The notes under the pieces are model-generated. The model did not search any database. It saw nothing but the letters and a program-made list of their open reading frames with translations, and was not told where the DNA came from. A stretch of 40,017 nt of DNA from a virus (taxonomy: Duplodnaviria; Caudoviricetes): positions 1-40,017 of IMG/VR virus record IMGVR_UViG_3300037482_000312; one strand, written 5' to 3'. The first letter of the stretch is position 1. Every line of letters begins with the position of its first letter. The position numbers and the translations under genes are program-made. Below are positions 7,325-15,767 of this stretch, piece after piece.

Positions 7325-8074
7325 ATGGCGAAGATGTCGAAGGCGTTGTTCGGGCGGGTTTGCGCGCGGTGTACGCGAGCGGGCGGTGTTCCGAGTGTGG
7401 GGGCATGTGCTGTGTTGATGTCGCTGGCGGAGTACGAGATGCGGGGAGAGCAGCCGCCGCGGCAGGGGGTTTGGGCTGCGAACGTGGGGATGAGCGAGCG
7501 TGCGCTACGTGAGCACCTGGCGGAGCTGCGCGAACTGGGGCTGGTGCACTGGTACCGGACGGCGGCGGGCAACGAATATTCGTGCAACGTGCCGGCGGTG
7601 GCGCGCTGGGTGGCGGACGAGCTGGACCTGGTGGAGGCGACCGATCGGCAGATGGTGCCGGAGGGTAATCGGCAGGATATGCCGATCGGTCAGGTTCGCG
7701 ATCGGCAGGATATGCCGGACGCGATCGGCAGCATCCGCCGGATCTCGCGCGCGGGGGTAAGTTCTTCATCCTCGGTATCTCCGGGCCCGGCGGCCACCGC
7801 GGCATCCCTCACCGACCTCGCCAACCGCATCCGCCAGCGCCTCAACCGCGACTTCCGGATCGGTCTCCCCGCAGGCGTGGCCGACGAGGTCGTAAGCCGC
7901 CTAGCGGTGGGAGCGACGGAGGAGATGTTCGAAGAGGCGGCCCGGAAGGCGACGCTCAAGGCGGCCCACACGGGCCGGGCGAACTACATGTTCGTGGTCC
8001 TGGACGGCTGGCTGGCGGAGGCAGCGGAGAGCGAAGAGCGAAGAGCAGAGAGTGAGGAGTACGGCGATGAGTAG
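7325..8074 (+). CDS. replication initiator / replisome organiser (N-terminal wHTH, internal iterons)
   Basis: AANVGMSERALREHLAELRELGLV wHTH; DNA repeats in linker; C-terminal NY...VL..W (DnaD-like). Confidence 0.7.
   Translation: MAKMSKALFGRVCARCTRAGGVPSVGACAVLMSLAEYEMRGEQPPRQGVWAANVGMSERALREHLAELRELGLVHWYRTAAGNEYSCNVPAVARWVADELDLVEATDRQMVPEGNRQDMPIGQVRDRQDMPDAIGSIRRISRAGVSSSSSVSPGPAATAASLTDLANRIRQRLNRDFRIGLPAGVADEVVSRLAVGATEEMFEEAARKATLKAAHTGRANYMFVVLDGWLAEAAESEERRAESEEYGDE
7644..7742 (+). repeat. four 19-bp iterons (putative origin of replication)
   Basis: ATCGGCAG-N4-(T/C)GCCG(GA/AT) at 7644, 7668, 7701, 7724; quasi-palindromic. Confidence 0.75.
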
Positions 8075-8303
8075 TGAGCTGGGGTTCTGGTTCCTTGGCG
8101 CGGGCCTGTACCTGGTGGTTGGGTGGCAGGTGGGCCGCTGGGCAACGCGGACGGTACTGGCGTACTGGCGTTGCGAGGCGCGATCGGGGCTGGACCAGCA
8201 TGCCGTAGTGGACGCGGCGTTCCTGGGGGTGGCAGCGATGGCCGGGTGGCCGCTGGTCCTGGTGGGTGCCGGACTGCTGTGGAGCTCGGGGAGGAAAGAG
8301 TGA
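8067..8303 (+). CDS. membrane protein (2 TM)
   Basis: Two hydrophobic helices; GAGGAG RBS. Confidence 0.6.
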   Translation: MSSELGFWFLGAGLYLVVGWQVGRWATRTVLAYWRCEARSGLDQHAVVDAAFLGVAAMAGWPLVLVGAGLLWSSGRKE

Positions 8304-8366
8304 AGAGGGGAGAGCGGAGCGCGGAGAGCAGCCAGGAAGCGACGGAGCAAGCGAAAGGCACGGGCA

Positions 8367-8867
8367 ATGGCAATGGCGAGTAGGAACACGACGAGGATCA
8401 CGGTGCAGGCGGTGTTGACCGGGGTGAAGGCGACGCTGCAGAAGGCCCCCGAGGGCTACGGCAAAGCGAAGCCCGGGGCGATGGAGGTGACGTTCCGGAT
8501 CGACCAGCCGGCGCCCCCGGTGAAGCCCGAGATTCCCAGCTGGCACCTGGCGTCGCACCCCCGGCCCGAGAACCTGGGTGAGAGGCCGGAGGAGGTGGAC
8601 CCGAAGGAATGGAAGCGGGAGATCGCAGCGGTCCAGAAGTGGCAGAAGGAGTGGGACGAGCGGCACGCGGAGCACGAGATGGACATGGTCCGGTACGCGG
8701 CCGCGCTGGAGGCGTTCAGGCCGTCGCTGATGGCGTTCGCGCAGCTGAGCGGGCTGGCGATGGTGATGGGGAACCAGCGCATCAATCTCGAGATGTCGCC
8801 GGCGGACACGGACTTCCTGCCGGGGTTCGAGCTGGCTTTGCCGGCGCCTTCCGAGAGCGGAGAGTGA
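8367..8867 (+). CDS. hypothetical protein
   Basis: 166-aa ORF with genome-typical codon usage. Confidence 0.7.
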   Translation: MAMASRNTTRITVQAVLTGVKATLQKAPEGYGKAKPGAMEVTFRIDQPAPPVKPEIPSWHLASHPRPENLGERPEEVDPKEWKREIAAVQKWQKEWDERHAEHEMDMVRYAAALEAFRPSLMAFAQLSGLAMVMGNQRINLEMSPADTDFLPGFELALPAPSESGE

Positions 8868-8870
8868 AGA

Positions 8871-9512
8871 GTGAAGAGCGGAACGTGTGGGGTGTGCGGG
8901 CACGGGCATGTGGGGCGGTGCCTGGAGTGGGGCTGCCGGTGTTACATGGCGGCGCCTGCGCTGGCTACAGCGGCCCCGGGGCATCCGCCGATGGACGTGC
9001 GGGTCGCGCGCACGGCGGAGCTCGCGCGGCTGGTCATGGACATTCATGCTGGGGCCGCGGTCACCCTGGAGGAGGGGCATCGGCGCCTGCGGTGTGCCAG
9101 GACGCAGGTGCGGCAGTACCTGGAGGGCATCTGGAGTGTGGTGCCGCCGACGCGAATGCCCCTGGGGCGGGTCGAAGAGTCAATGACGCCGACAGAGCTC
9201 GCGATCGCCACCTACCTCGCCTACCAGTGCGGGCGGTTCCTGGACCCCGGGGACATCTGCCGGGACGTGCTGGGCCACGAGTTTGTGATACGCCCGACGC
9301 AGGCGATCGGCTCGCACATGGTGCATCTGAGGGAGAAGGGGCTGCCGCTGCGGACGTGGCGCGGTCGAGGGTACGCGCTGGACGGCCGGGCGCTCCGCCG
9401 GCGGTTGGAGGCGCGCGATGGCAGTGGAGATGGCCTGGTGTCCGGGCCCGCACGATCCGCAGATCATCCGGCCGGACAGGGCGTGTCCGTTGTGCGGGAA
9501 GGGGTGGCGTGA
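8871..9512 (+). CDS. Zn-cluster plus OmpR/PhoB-type winged-helix DNA-binding protein
   Basis: N-terminal CxxCGHxH...C...GCxC; C-terminal TPTELAIATYL...GR...VLG...HMVHLREK..LRTWRGRGYAL. Confidence 0.7.
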   Translation: MKSGTCGVCGHGHVGRCLEWGCRCYMAAPALATAAPGHPPMDVRVARTAELARLVMDIHAGAAVTLEEGHRRLRCARTQVRQYLEGIWSVVPPTRMPLGRVEESMTPTELAIATYLAYQCGRFLDPGDICRDVLGHEFVIRPTQAIGSHMVHLREKGLPLRTWRGRGYALDGRALRRRLEARDGSGDGLVSGPARSADHPAGQGVSVVREGVA

Positions 9513-9865
9513 TGGAGGGAAGAGGGAAGAGGGAAGAGGGAAGAGCGGCGGCGGTGCCCCTGAGCGCGCGGGAGGTGCTGGACCGGGCGATGAGTGAGAC
9601 GGAATTCCAGGAGCAGGTCGTGCAGTACGCGCGGCTGAACGGGTGGCTGGTGTACCACACGTACGACTCGCGGAGGAGCGCGCAGGGGTTCCCGGACCTG
9701 GTGCTGGCTCGGGGGCCCTATCTGATATTTGCGGAACTGAAGAGCGAACGGGGGCGGCTGACGGATGAGCAGGCGGAGTGGGTGGCAGCACTTCGGCGGA
9801 CGGGCCAGGTGGCGTACGTGTGGCGGCCCCGGCAGTGGGACGACATTGAGGCGGTGTTGGTGTGA
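9512..9865 (+). CDS. VRR-NUC domain nuclease (Holliday junction resolvase-like)
   Basis: MSETEFQEQV...GFPDLVLAR...FAELKSERGRLTDEQ..W PD-(D/E)xK motif. Confidence 0.85.
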   Translation: MEGRGKREEGRAAAVPLSAREVLDRAMSETEFQEQVVQYARLNGWLVYHTYDSRRSAQGFPDLVLARGPYLIFAELKSERGRLTDEQAEWVAALRRTGQVAYVWRPRQWDDIEAVLV

Positions 9866-10209
9866 GCGCGACGTTCCTTGGCTGCGTGTGCGGGCACCAG
9901 CACGGGCGTGGCAAGTGCCACGCTGCCGGTTGCTACTGCTACCAGTTCAGCCGGGGGCCCCTGGTGAAGGCCTGGGACAAGGCCCGGCGCCGGTTCGTCT
10001 GGCGGCCGGACGTGTCGCGGGGGAACACGGCGACGGTTGCGCCGGGGTATCACCTGGCGGCGTACGGGCTGCAGAACCCGATGGTGCAGGAAGCGATCCG
10101 GCTCGGGGCCTACTGGGACATCGCGCCGGAGGAGCCGGACATCGATGACGCGTTCGACCAGGGTAGCCAGGCGGTGGCGCTCGATCTTGGGATGGTGAGG
10201 CGTCGATGA
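9862..10209 (+). CDS. Cys/His-cluster hypothetical protein
   Basis: CVCGHQH...C...GCYC; GTGA-coupled. Confidence 0.6.
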   Translation: MSATFLGCVCGHQHGRGKCHAAGCYCYQFSRGPLVKAWDKARRRFVWRPDVSRGNTATVAPGYHLAAYGLQNPMVQEAIRLGAYWDIAPEEPDIDDAFDQGSQAVALDLGMVRRR

Positions 10210-10403
10210 AGATCTGGGTTGCGGCGGACCATTGCCGGACGTTCAGCCCGCGGCAGATCGAGGCGGTGGTCTATCACGAAGCCCTCCACGTGGTGGGGCC
10301 GAAGGAGAACGTCTTCTACTACATGCCGGGGGTCGTGCATCATGAGACGTGGGCGGAGGCGCGCTGCCGCTTGGCGGTCGACGCCGCGGCGTGGCTGTCG
10401 TGA
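10206..10403 (+). CDS. short HExxH protein, possible metallopeptidase fragment
   Basis: QIEAVVYHEALHV; only 65 aa. Confidence 0.5.
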   Translation: MKIWVAADHCRTFSPRQIEAVVYHEALHVVGPKENVFYYMPGVVHHETWAEARCRLAVDAAAWLS

Positions 10404-11398
10404 GCAAGAGCGAGATCGGCTGGACGGACGAGGTGTGGAACCCGGTGACTGGGTGCACGCGGGTGAGCGCTGGGTGTGCCCGGTGCTATGCGTCGGCGCT
10501 GCACAACAAGCGCTATCGGGCGAACGTGCAGGCAGGGCTACTTGCAGTCACGCGAAAAGACGTCATGGTGACGGGGCTACCCGTGGCTGCATTGCGGGCA
10601 ATGGGCTGGGAGGGGCTGCCCTACCCGGACACCTATGACACGCCGTTCGCGGTGGTGACGTTGCACCCGGAGCGGTTGGAGGCGCCGCTGCACTGGCGGA
10701 AGTCCCGGCGGGTGTTCGTGAACAGCATGAGCGACCTGTTCCACGAGGAGGTGCCGGACGAGTTCCTGGACCGGGTGTTTGCGGTGATGGCGCTGACGCC
10801 GCAGCACACGTACCAGGTGCTGACGAAGCGGACGGAGCGGATGCGGGAGTACCTCCACGACGGTAGCTGGGACGAGAATGAGCCCGAGGAGGTCCGCAAC
10901 CGAGTTCTCACCCTGATGGACGAGAACACGACCGCCCGCGGCGAGGATATGGCCCCGATGACATGGCCGTTGCCGAACGTCTGGCTGGGGACGAGCGTGG
11001 AGGATCAGCGGTCGGCGGATGAGCGCGTCCCGATCTTGCTGGAGACGCCCGCTGCGGTGCGGTTTGTGAGCGTGGAGCCGCTGCTGGAGCCGGTGGACCT
11101 CACGGCGCTCGACAAGACCGATGAATCCGATCCAGGCTTCAGCGCCCTGACGTGGTGCGAGGGGACCGAAGGCACGATGGGAGACGCAGTGCTCGACTGG
11201 GTGATCGTTGGCGGGGAGAGCGGGCCGAAGCGCCGGGACTGCGGGGTGGAGGCAATCATCGACGTGGTGCGGCAGTGCGAGGCTGCGGGTGTTGCGTGCT
11301 TTGTGAAACAGGATTCGGCGTTTCGGCCTGGACAGCAGAGCCGGTTGCCGAACTGGGTGTGGGCGAAGAAGGAGATGCCGGGGGGGAGGGAAGAGTGA
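10400..11398 (+). CDS. DUF5131 / phage Gp37-Gp68 family protein
   Basis: IGWTDEVWNPVTGCTRVSAGCARCYA, FVNSMSDLFHE, LTKR, NVWLGTSVEDQ, EPLL, DWVIVGGESG, FVKQ. Confidence 0.92.
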   Translation: MSKSEIGWTDEVWNPVTGCTRVSAGCARCYASALHNKRYRANVQAGLLAVTRKDVMVTGLPVAALRAMGWEGLPYPDTYDTPFAVVTLHPERLEAPLHWRKSRRVFVNSMSDLFHEEVPDEFLDRVFAVMALTPQHTYQVLTKRTERMREYLHDGSWDENEPEEVRNRVLTLMDENTTARGEDMAPMTWPLPNVWLGTSVEDQRSADERVPILLETPAAVRFVSVEPLLEPVDLTALDKTDESDPGFSALTWCEGTEGTMGDAVLDWVIVGGESGPKRRDCGVEAIIDVVRQCEAAGVACFVKQDSAFRPGQQSRLPNWVWAKKEMPGGREE

Positions 11399-11550
11399 AG
11401 AGGGGAGAGCGGAGAGCGGTGGTTGCGGCGGATCCGCCGACGTTGAGGGTAGAGTCGTGGCGGATGCGGCGGTTGATGGAGCTGCTGGTGGTAGCGCAGC
11501 GGCGGAAGTGGGATGATCCCGAGGCAAAAGGGATGAGGGATGAGGGATGA
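11395..11550 (+). CDS. short hypothetical protein bounded by heptamer tracts
   Basis: GTGA start, ATGA stop; fills the gap exactly. Confidence 0.4.
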   Translation: MKRGERRAVVAADPPTLRVESWRMRRLMELLVVAQRRKWDDPEAKGMRDEG

Positions 11551-11777
11551 GATACCCAATGGCCCCGGAAATCGCGGTGCGGCTGTTTAGAGAAAACGCG
11601 GAGGATGGCGGCTGCTGGTTCTCCCAACCGCTGCCGTGGCCGAAGGGGAAGATTCCCGGGCAGATGACGACCATCGAAGAGGCCCGCGCCGAGCTGCGCG
11701 GTAAGGACCTGGTGTGCTGGTGCCCGCTGGCTGCGCCGTGCCACGCCGACGTGCTGCTGGAATGGGCAAACCGATGA
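11547..11777 (+). CDS. DUF4326-like protein, apparently N-terminally shortened
   Basis: ELRGKDLVCWCP...PCHADVLLEWAN; the usual N-terminal GR...WGNPF motif is absent. Confidence 0.7.
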   Translation: MRYPMAPEIAVRLFRENAEDGGCWFSQPLPWPKGKIPGQMTTIEEARAELRGKDLVCWCPLAAPCHADVLLEWANR

Positions 11778-12043
11778 TGCCGGGGTCGTTTGGGCTGGTG
11801 AGCCCGGAGGTGCAGGCGTCGTTCGAGCGGAAGCGCGGGGTGATCTTCCTTCAGCACCGGCCGCTCACTGAGCTCGAGGCGCGGATAATTACAGACCGCT
11901 TGTCGCGGCCGGGGCACAGTGACCGTTACACCATCATCGTCCTCGACGACCCCCCGATCCTCCGTGAGATTCCAACCATCGCGGAGACAATCGCCTGTCT
12001 CGACCGCGCGATCGCCGCCGTCCGAACGGTTCTTCAGCGATGA
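11774..12043 (+). CDS. hypothetical protein
   Basis: ATGA-coupled on both sides; C-rich 3' half. Confidence 0.5.
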   Translation: MMPGSFGLVSPEVQASFERKRGVIFLQHRPLTELEARIITDRLSRPGHSDRYTIIVLDDPPILREIPTIAETIACLDRAIAAVRTVLQR

Positions 12044-13560
12044 GGGCGGGGTTGCTGGCGCGGGTGTCGACTGAGGTGCAGGCGCAGGACGGGGTGAGCC
12101 TGGGCGCGCAGCTGGCGTCGATGCGGTCGCGGTGCGAGGCGGAGGGGTGGGAGGTTGTGCGGGAGTACGTTGGTGAGGGGGAGTCGGCGTTTACGGGGGA
12201 CGTGAGCCGGCGGCCGGTGTTGCGGGCCTTGCTGGCGGATGCGGCTGCGGGGGTGTTCGACGTGCTGGTGGTGCACGAGTCGAGCCGGCTGGCGCGGCAC
12301 ATGGGGATGGCGTCGGCGGTGTTGGAGCGTCTGGACCGGGCCGGGGTGCGGTTGGTGAACCTGCAGAGCGGGGTGGACTATTCGACGGCTCCCGGGCGGC
12401 TGATGTTCGGAGTGGAGGCATCGTTCAATGAGTACTACTCGCGGCAGCTGGGGGAGCACATCCGGAAGGCGAAGCGGGCGATATTCGAGGCTGGTCTGCA
12501 CGTGGGAGACGTGCCGTTCGGGTACCGAAGGGAAGAGGGAAGAGGGAAGAGGGAAGAGTCCCCGCCCCGCCCGGGGAGGCGGCGGTTGGTGCCGGTGGAG
12601 GGGGAGGCTGAGGCGCTCAGGTGGGCGTTCGAGGCGCGGATATCAGGGAGTGGGTACCTGGCGATCGCGGGGGAGCTGAACCGGCGGGGATTGCGGCCGC
12701 GGTCGAAGAGGGGGATCGGGGCGTTCGGGGTGAGCGCGGTGCAATCGATGTTGGAGAACGGGTTCTACGCGGGCTGGGTGTCGTACAAGGGTGAGCGTCG
12801 CCGGGGTGTCCACGAGGCGATCGTGAGCGAGGAGGTGTTCGAGGCAGCGCAGCGTGTGGTGCGGGGGTTGTCGCGGTTCAGCCGGTCGGTGCACCTGCTG
12901 TCGGGGTTGACGCGGTGTGCGAGCTGCGGTGGACAGGTGTGGCGGGTTTCGAGCGGGAATGGGTCCCGGTACCACTATCTGCGGGAGGCGTCGCGGCAGC
13001 GTGGGCGTTCGTGCGAGCTGTCGGGACGGCTGGTGCGGTGTGAGGGTGTGGAGCGCCAGGTGGAGGCGGTCCTGCTGGGGCTGCGGCTGGAGGGATGGTG
13101 GCTGGACGAGGTGAGGTCGGCGGCCGCGCGTCCGGTGGAGGATGGATCGCGGGCGGAGCGGAAGCGTCTCGAGGGAGTAGTGAGGCGCGCGAGGCAGATG
13201 TGGGTGTCGACGGGCGACCCGGGGATGGAGCGGATGTTGCGGGAGGCTGAAGGGTCGCTCTTGGCGCTGCCTGCTGGCGGCGGTGGCCAGGTGATGCGGC
13301 TGGGTGAGCGGTTGGAGGGGATTGCGGAGGCGTGGGGGTTGTGGACGGTGGGGGAGAGGAACGAGGCGTTGCGGGCGGTGTTCGAAGAGGTGAGGGTGGA
13401 GATGGGAAGCGGGGGTGTGCGGGTGGTGCCTGCGGTTGGGATGGAGGAGTTGTTCGGGTTGAGGGCGTCGGTGTGTGCAGGAGTTACCCCCGCCAGGACT
13501 CGAACCGTAGAGCTACACACGGCCGGGTACACGCTGGCGGAGCTCGGGGTGGCGGTATGA
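12040..13560 (+). CDS. int: large serine recombinase (integrase)
   Basis: ARVST catalytic Ser, SRLAR, PFGY, Y.G...HEAIVS recombinase domain, LSGLTRCASCG Zn ribbon; 506 aa. Confidence 0.93.
   Translation: MRAGLLARVSTEVQAQDGVSLGAQLASMRSRCEAEGWEVVREYVGEGESAFTGDVSRRPVLRALLADAAAGVFDVLVVHESSRLARHMGMASAVLERLDRAGVRLVNLQSGVDYSTAPGRLMFGVEASFNEYYSRQLGEHIRKAKRAIFEAGLHVGDVPFGYRREEGRGKREESPPRPGRRRLVPVEGEAEALRWAFEARISGSGYLAIAGELNRRGLRPRSKRGIGAFGVSAVQSMLENGFYAGWVSYKGERRRGVHEAIVSEEVFEAAQRVVRGLSRFSRSVHLLSGLTRCASCGGQVWRVSSGNGSRYHYLREASRQRGRSCELSGRLVRCEGVERQVEAVLLGLRLEGWWLDEVRSAAARPVEDGSRAERKRLEGVVRRARQMWVSTGDPGMERMLREAEGSLLALPAGGGGQVMRLGERLEGIAEAWGLWTVGERNEALRAVFEEVRVEMGSGGVRVVPAVGMEELFGLRASVCAGVTPARTRTVELHTAGYTLAELGVAV
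13471..13520. other. candidate attP within the integrase 3' end
   Basis: GTGTGT...ACACAC terminal inverted repeat spanning 50 bp around a core whose reverse complement is GGTTCGAGTCCTGGCGGGGGTA (tRNA T-loop plus acceptor-like). Confidence 0.6.
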
Positions 13561-13874
13561 GCGGGCGGGGGCAGCCGTCGACGTCGCGCCCGGGCCCGGC
13601 GACGGGTGAGCCCGTAGCAGCGCGCGAGCACCTGGAGCGTGCGTCGCGCTTGTTGGATGGCGGCGGTGAGCGCGGTTACGCCGCGACGGTCGGTGGAGCG
13701 ATGAAGGCCCAAGCGCAGTTGCGGGCTGCTGTTGAGGAGCTCGTGGCATGGGCGTGGGCAGCGCATCGGTTATTCGAACAGGCGGGAGACCGCCAGGAAG
13801 GGCAGAACCATGTTGTATCCAATCATCCTGATCCTGACGAAGTTGATGGTCGCGGCGACCATCCTGAGCCATGA
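13557..13874 (+). CDS. hypothetical protein
   Basis: ATGA-coupled to the integrase. Confidence 0.5.
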   Translation: MSGRGQPSTSRPGPATGEPVAAREHLERASRLLDGGGERGYAATVGGAMKAQAQLRAAVEELVAWAWAAHRLFEQAGDRQEGQNHVVSNHPDPDEVDGRGDHPEP

Positions 13875-14070
13875 GCGAGTGCCGGAGTGGGAGGTCCGGT
13901 GCAACCCGGCGTTCACGCAGTGCTGGGTGCAGAACGTGACCCTGGAGAAGCAAAACATCTACGACGTGCGGTACGTGACGGAGCTCAAGGGCGTGTTCTA
14001 CGAGAGTTGCGCGGCCGCCGAGGGGGCTGAGGCCTGCACGCGTGGGGCGCACATGGTCGAGGTGCGCTAA
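13810..14070 (+). CDS. small secreted/membrane protein
   Basis: Hydrophobic N-terminus MLYPIILILTKLMVAATIL; 4 Cys. Confidence 0.55.
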   Translation: MLYPIILILTKLMVAATILSHERVPEWEVRCNPAFTQCWVQNVTLEKQNIYDVRYVTELKGVFYESCAAAEGAEACTRGAHMVEVR

Positions 14071-14074
14071 CGGT

Positions 14075-14800
14075 ATGAAGTGTCCCCGCTGCGGGCGGCT
14101 GCTGGTTGGACGCGAGTTCTGCGTTGTTCACGGTTCGGTAGTCGACCCGGAGCTGGGACCATCCCCCGTCGAAGAGCCGGTGCCGCGGCGGCGGCGGGAC
14201 CTGGCGCCCCGGACGGGGAGCGCATGGACTGCGGCGGAGCTGGCGTTCGTACGCCGGCAGAAGGACACGATGAGCATTGCGGACCTGGCACGGGAGTTGA
14301 AGCGTACGCCGAAGGGCGTGATGAACCTGTTGTCGTCGCGTGGGTGGCGGAAGCGGCGTGTGGGCAGCGCGTCCGCGGTGGCGATTGAGCGGGCGACGGC
14401 GGCGGAGCGAGCAGGGAAGCGCTGGTCGAGGACTGAGGACAACCTTCTCCTGGACCTGCCGGTGCATGTTGTTTTGTCCAGACGTGTGTCTTTGTTCCCC
14501 GGGCGCACTGTGGGCTCGCTGCGGAAGCGCCGGCGGCGGTTGATGCGGGTGGCCCCGCGGCGGCTGGCGGACGGGCTGATGACGTTGCTGGACGTGGCGC
14601 GGGAGTATCGATGTTCGAGGTGGAGGGTAGCCAGGCTGGTGCGGACGGGGCAGTTGCCGGCGGTGAGGTCGCCGTGGGGTGACTGGCTTATCGAACCAGC
14701 AGACTGTGAGGCGATCGAGGAGCTGCTGCGTTCGCCGAAGCGGACATACAAGGGGGTGCCGCCCGACCTGGGGGACTACAGGGAGCGCTACGGTGCGTGA
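14075..14800 (+). CDS. Zn-finger plus Myb-like repeats plus HTH_17 protein; paralog of 4186-5064
   Basis: MKCPRCG...CVVHG; WTAAEL, WSRTED; IEPADCEAIEELLRSPKRTYKGVPPDLGDYRERYG. Confidence 0.7.
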   Translation: MKCPRCGRLLVGREFCVVHGSVVDPELGPSPVEEPVPRRRRDLAPRTGSAWTAAELAFVRRQKDTMSIADLARELKRTPKGVMNLLSSRGWRKRRVGSASAVAIERATAAERAGKRWSRTEDNLLLDLPVHVVLSRRVSLFPGRTVGSLRKRRRRLMRVAPRRLADGLMTLLDVAREYRCSRWRVARLVRTGQLPAVRSPWGDWLIEPADCEAIEELLRSPKRTYKGVPPDLGDYRERYGA

Positions 14801-14807
14801 GGCATCC

Positions 14808-14905
14808 GCGGGGAGGGCGGGCCGAAAGTTCAGCCGGCCGGAGCGCCTTCTGGGACCACCGTCGCAGCTTAGATTGCTGCCTAACTCGCCGCCGGAACTT
14901 TTTTT
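14808..14905. other. candidate cos/packaging region
   Basis: Likely non-coding gap before HNH-terS-terL: GGGGAGGGCGGGCCGAAAGTTCAG...GGACCACCGTCG, a small hairpin and a T7 tract. Confidence 0.4.
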
Positions 14906-14926
14906 GTCAGGCTCACGAATTGGGCG

Positions 14927-15196
14927 GTGGCCTTGTTGAGTTCGTGCGGGGTCTGCGGATCGCCTCGTTGCGCGATCCATCGAAAGCGCCCGCGCGACCG
15001 GCGGTGGCCGGCGCTGCGGCGGGTGGTGCTCGATCGGGATGGTCACCGGTGCGTGGAGTGCGGTGCGCCATGTCCGCACCCCGGGCATCACGAGGTCGAC
15101 CACATCGCCCCGGTGCGGTTAGCCCCGGAGCGCGAGCTGGACCCGGCGAACTGCCGGACCCTCTGCTCAGGCTGTCATCGGAGAGTGGGGGCATGA
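14927..15196 (+). CDS. HNH endonuclease (HK97 gp74-like packaging cofactor)
   Basis: RWPALRRVVLDRDGHRCVECG...EVDHI.P...DPANCRTLCSGCH. Confidence 0.85.
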   Translation: MALLSSCGVCGSPRCAIHRKRPRDRRWPALRRVVLDRDGHRCVECGAPCPHPGHHEVDHIAPVRLAPERELDPANCRTLCSGCHRRVGA

Positions 15197-15218
15197 GCTA
15201 CGTTGAGGCCGCGCACTG

Positions 15219-15767
15219 ATGGCGTCGAAGTCCAACCGATCGCCGAACGCCCTGGTGGGGAACAGGGGCAAGGGGAACCTACTGCAACTGGTGCGGCCGG
15301 CGGCGGCGCCCCCGGAGCCTTTGAAAGAGTGGCGGGTGGCCACGCGAGACGAGTGGCTGGCGTTCTGGCAGAGCGCGGTGGCGGGGCAGGTGGATCGGGA
15401 CGCGGACCTGCCGGCACTCGTAGAGCTGTTCACGTTGCAGAACGAGATCAGGCAGGTGAGAGATGAGCGGGTGGAGCTGCGGCGGATGGTGCGGCGGCTG
15501 TGGAGGGAGCAGCCGTTGATGACCGGGAGCATGGGACAAGAACGGTCTAATCCGCTGGTGAGCCAGTTGTTGACGCGCCTGGGGCAGCTGGAGAGCTCGT
15601 TGAACTGGCACCTCACGCAGGCGAACCGGCTGCGTGAGGACTTCGGGATGGGGCCGCTAAAGCGTGTGCGGTTGGGCTGGAGCATTGCCGAAGGGATGGG
15701 CGCGGCGGAGCGGGTGCGGAGCATCCTGAACGCGGGGTTGGAGGCTGGCGAGGGGGACGACGAATGA
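15219..15767 (+). CDS. terS: terminase small subunit
   Basis: Position; GSMGQERSNPL...FGMGPLKRVRLG P27-like motif. Confidence 0.75.
   Translation: MASKSNRSPNALVGNRGKGNLLQLVRPAAAPPEPLKEWRVATRDEWLAFWQSAVAGQVDRDADLPALVELFTLQNEIRQVRDERVELRRMVRRLWREQPLMTGSMGQERSNPLVSQLLTRLGQLESSLNWHLTQANRLREDFGMGPLKRVRLGWSIAEGMGAAERVRSILNAGLEAGEGDDE

Noticed and set aside
7644-7742. Mini CRISPR array
   Set aside because: Repeats are 19 bp with 4-14 bp gaps inside a coding region; iterons fit better, and there are no cas genes.
13440-13560. Intact tRNA gene on the minus strand
   Set aside because: Only the T-loop and 3' acceptor strand are present; there is no full T-stem, D arm or anticodon arm.
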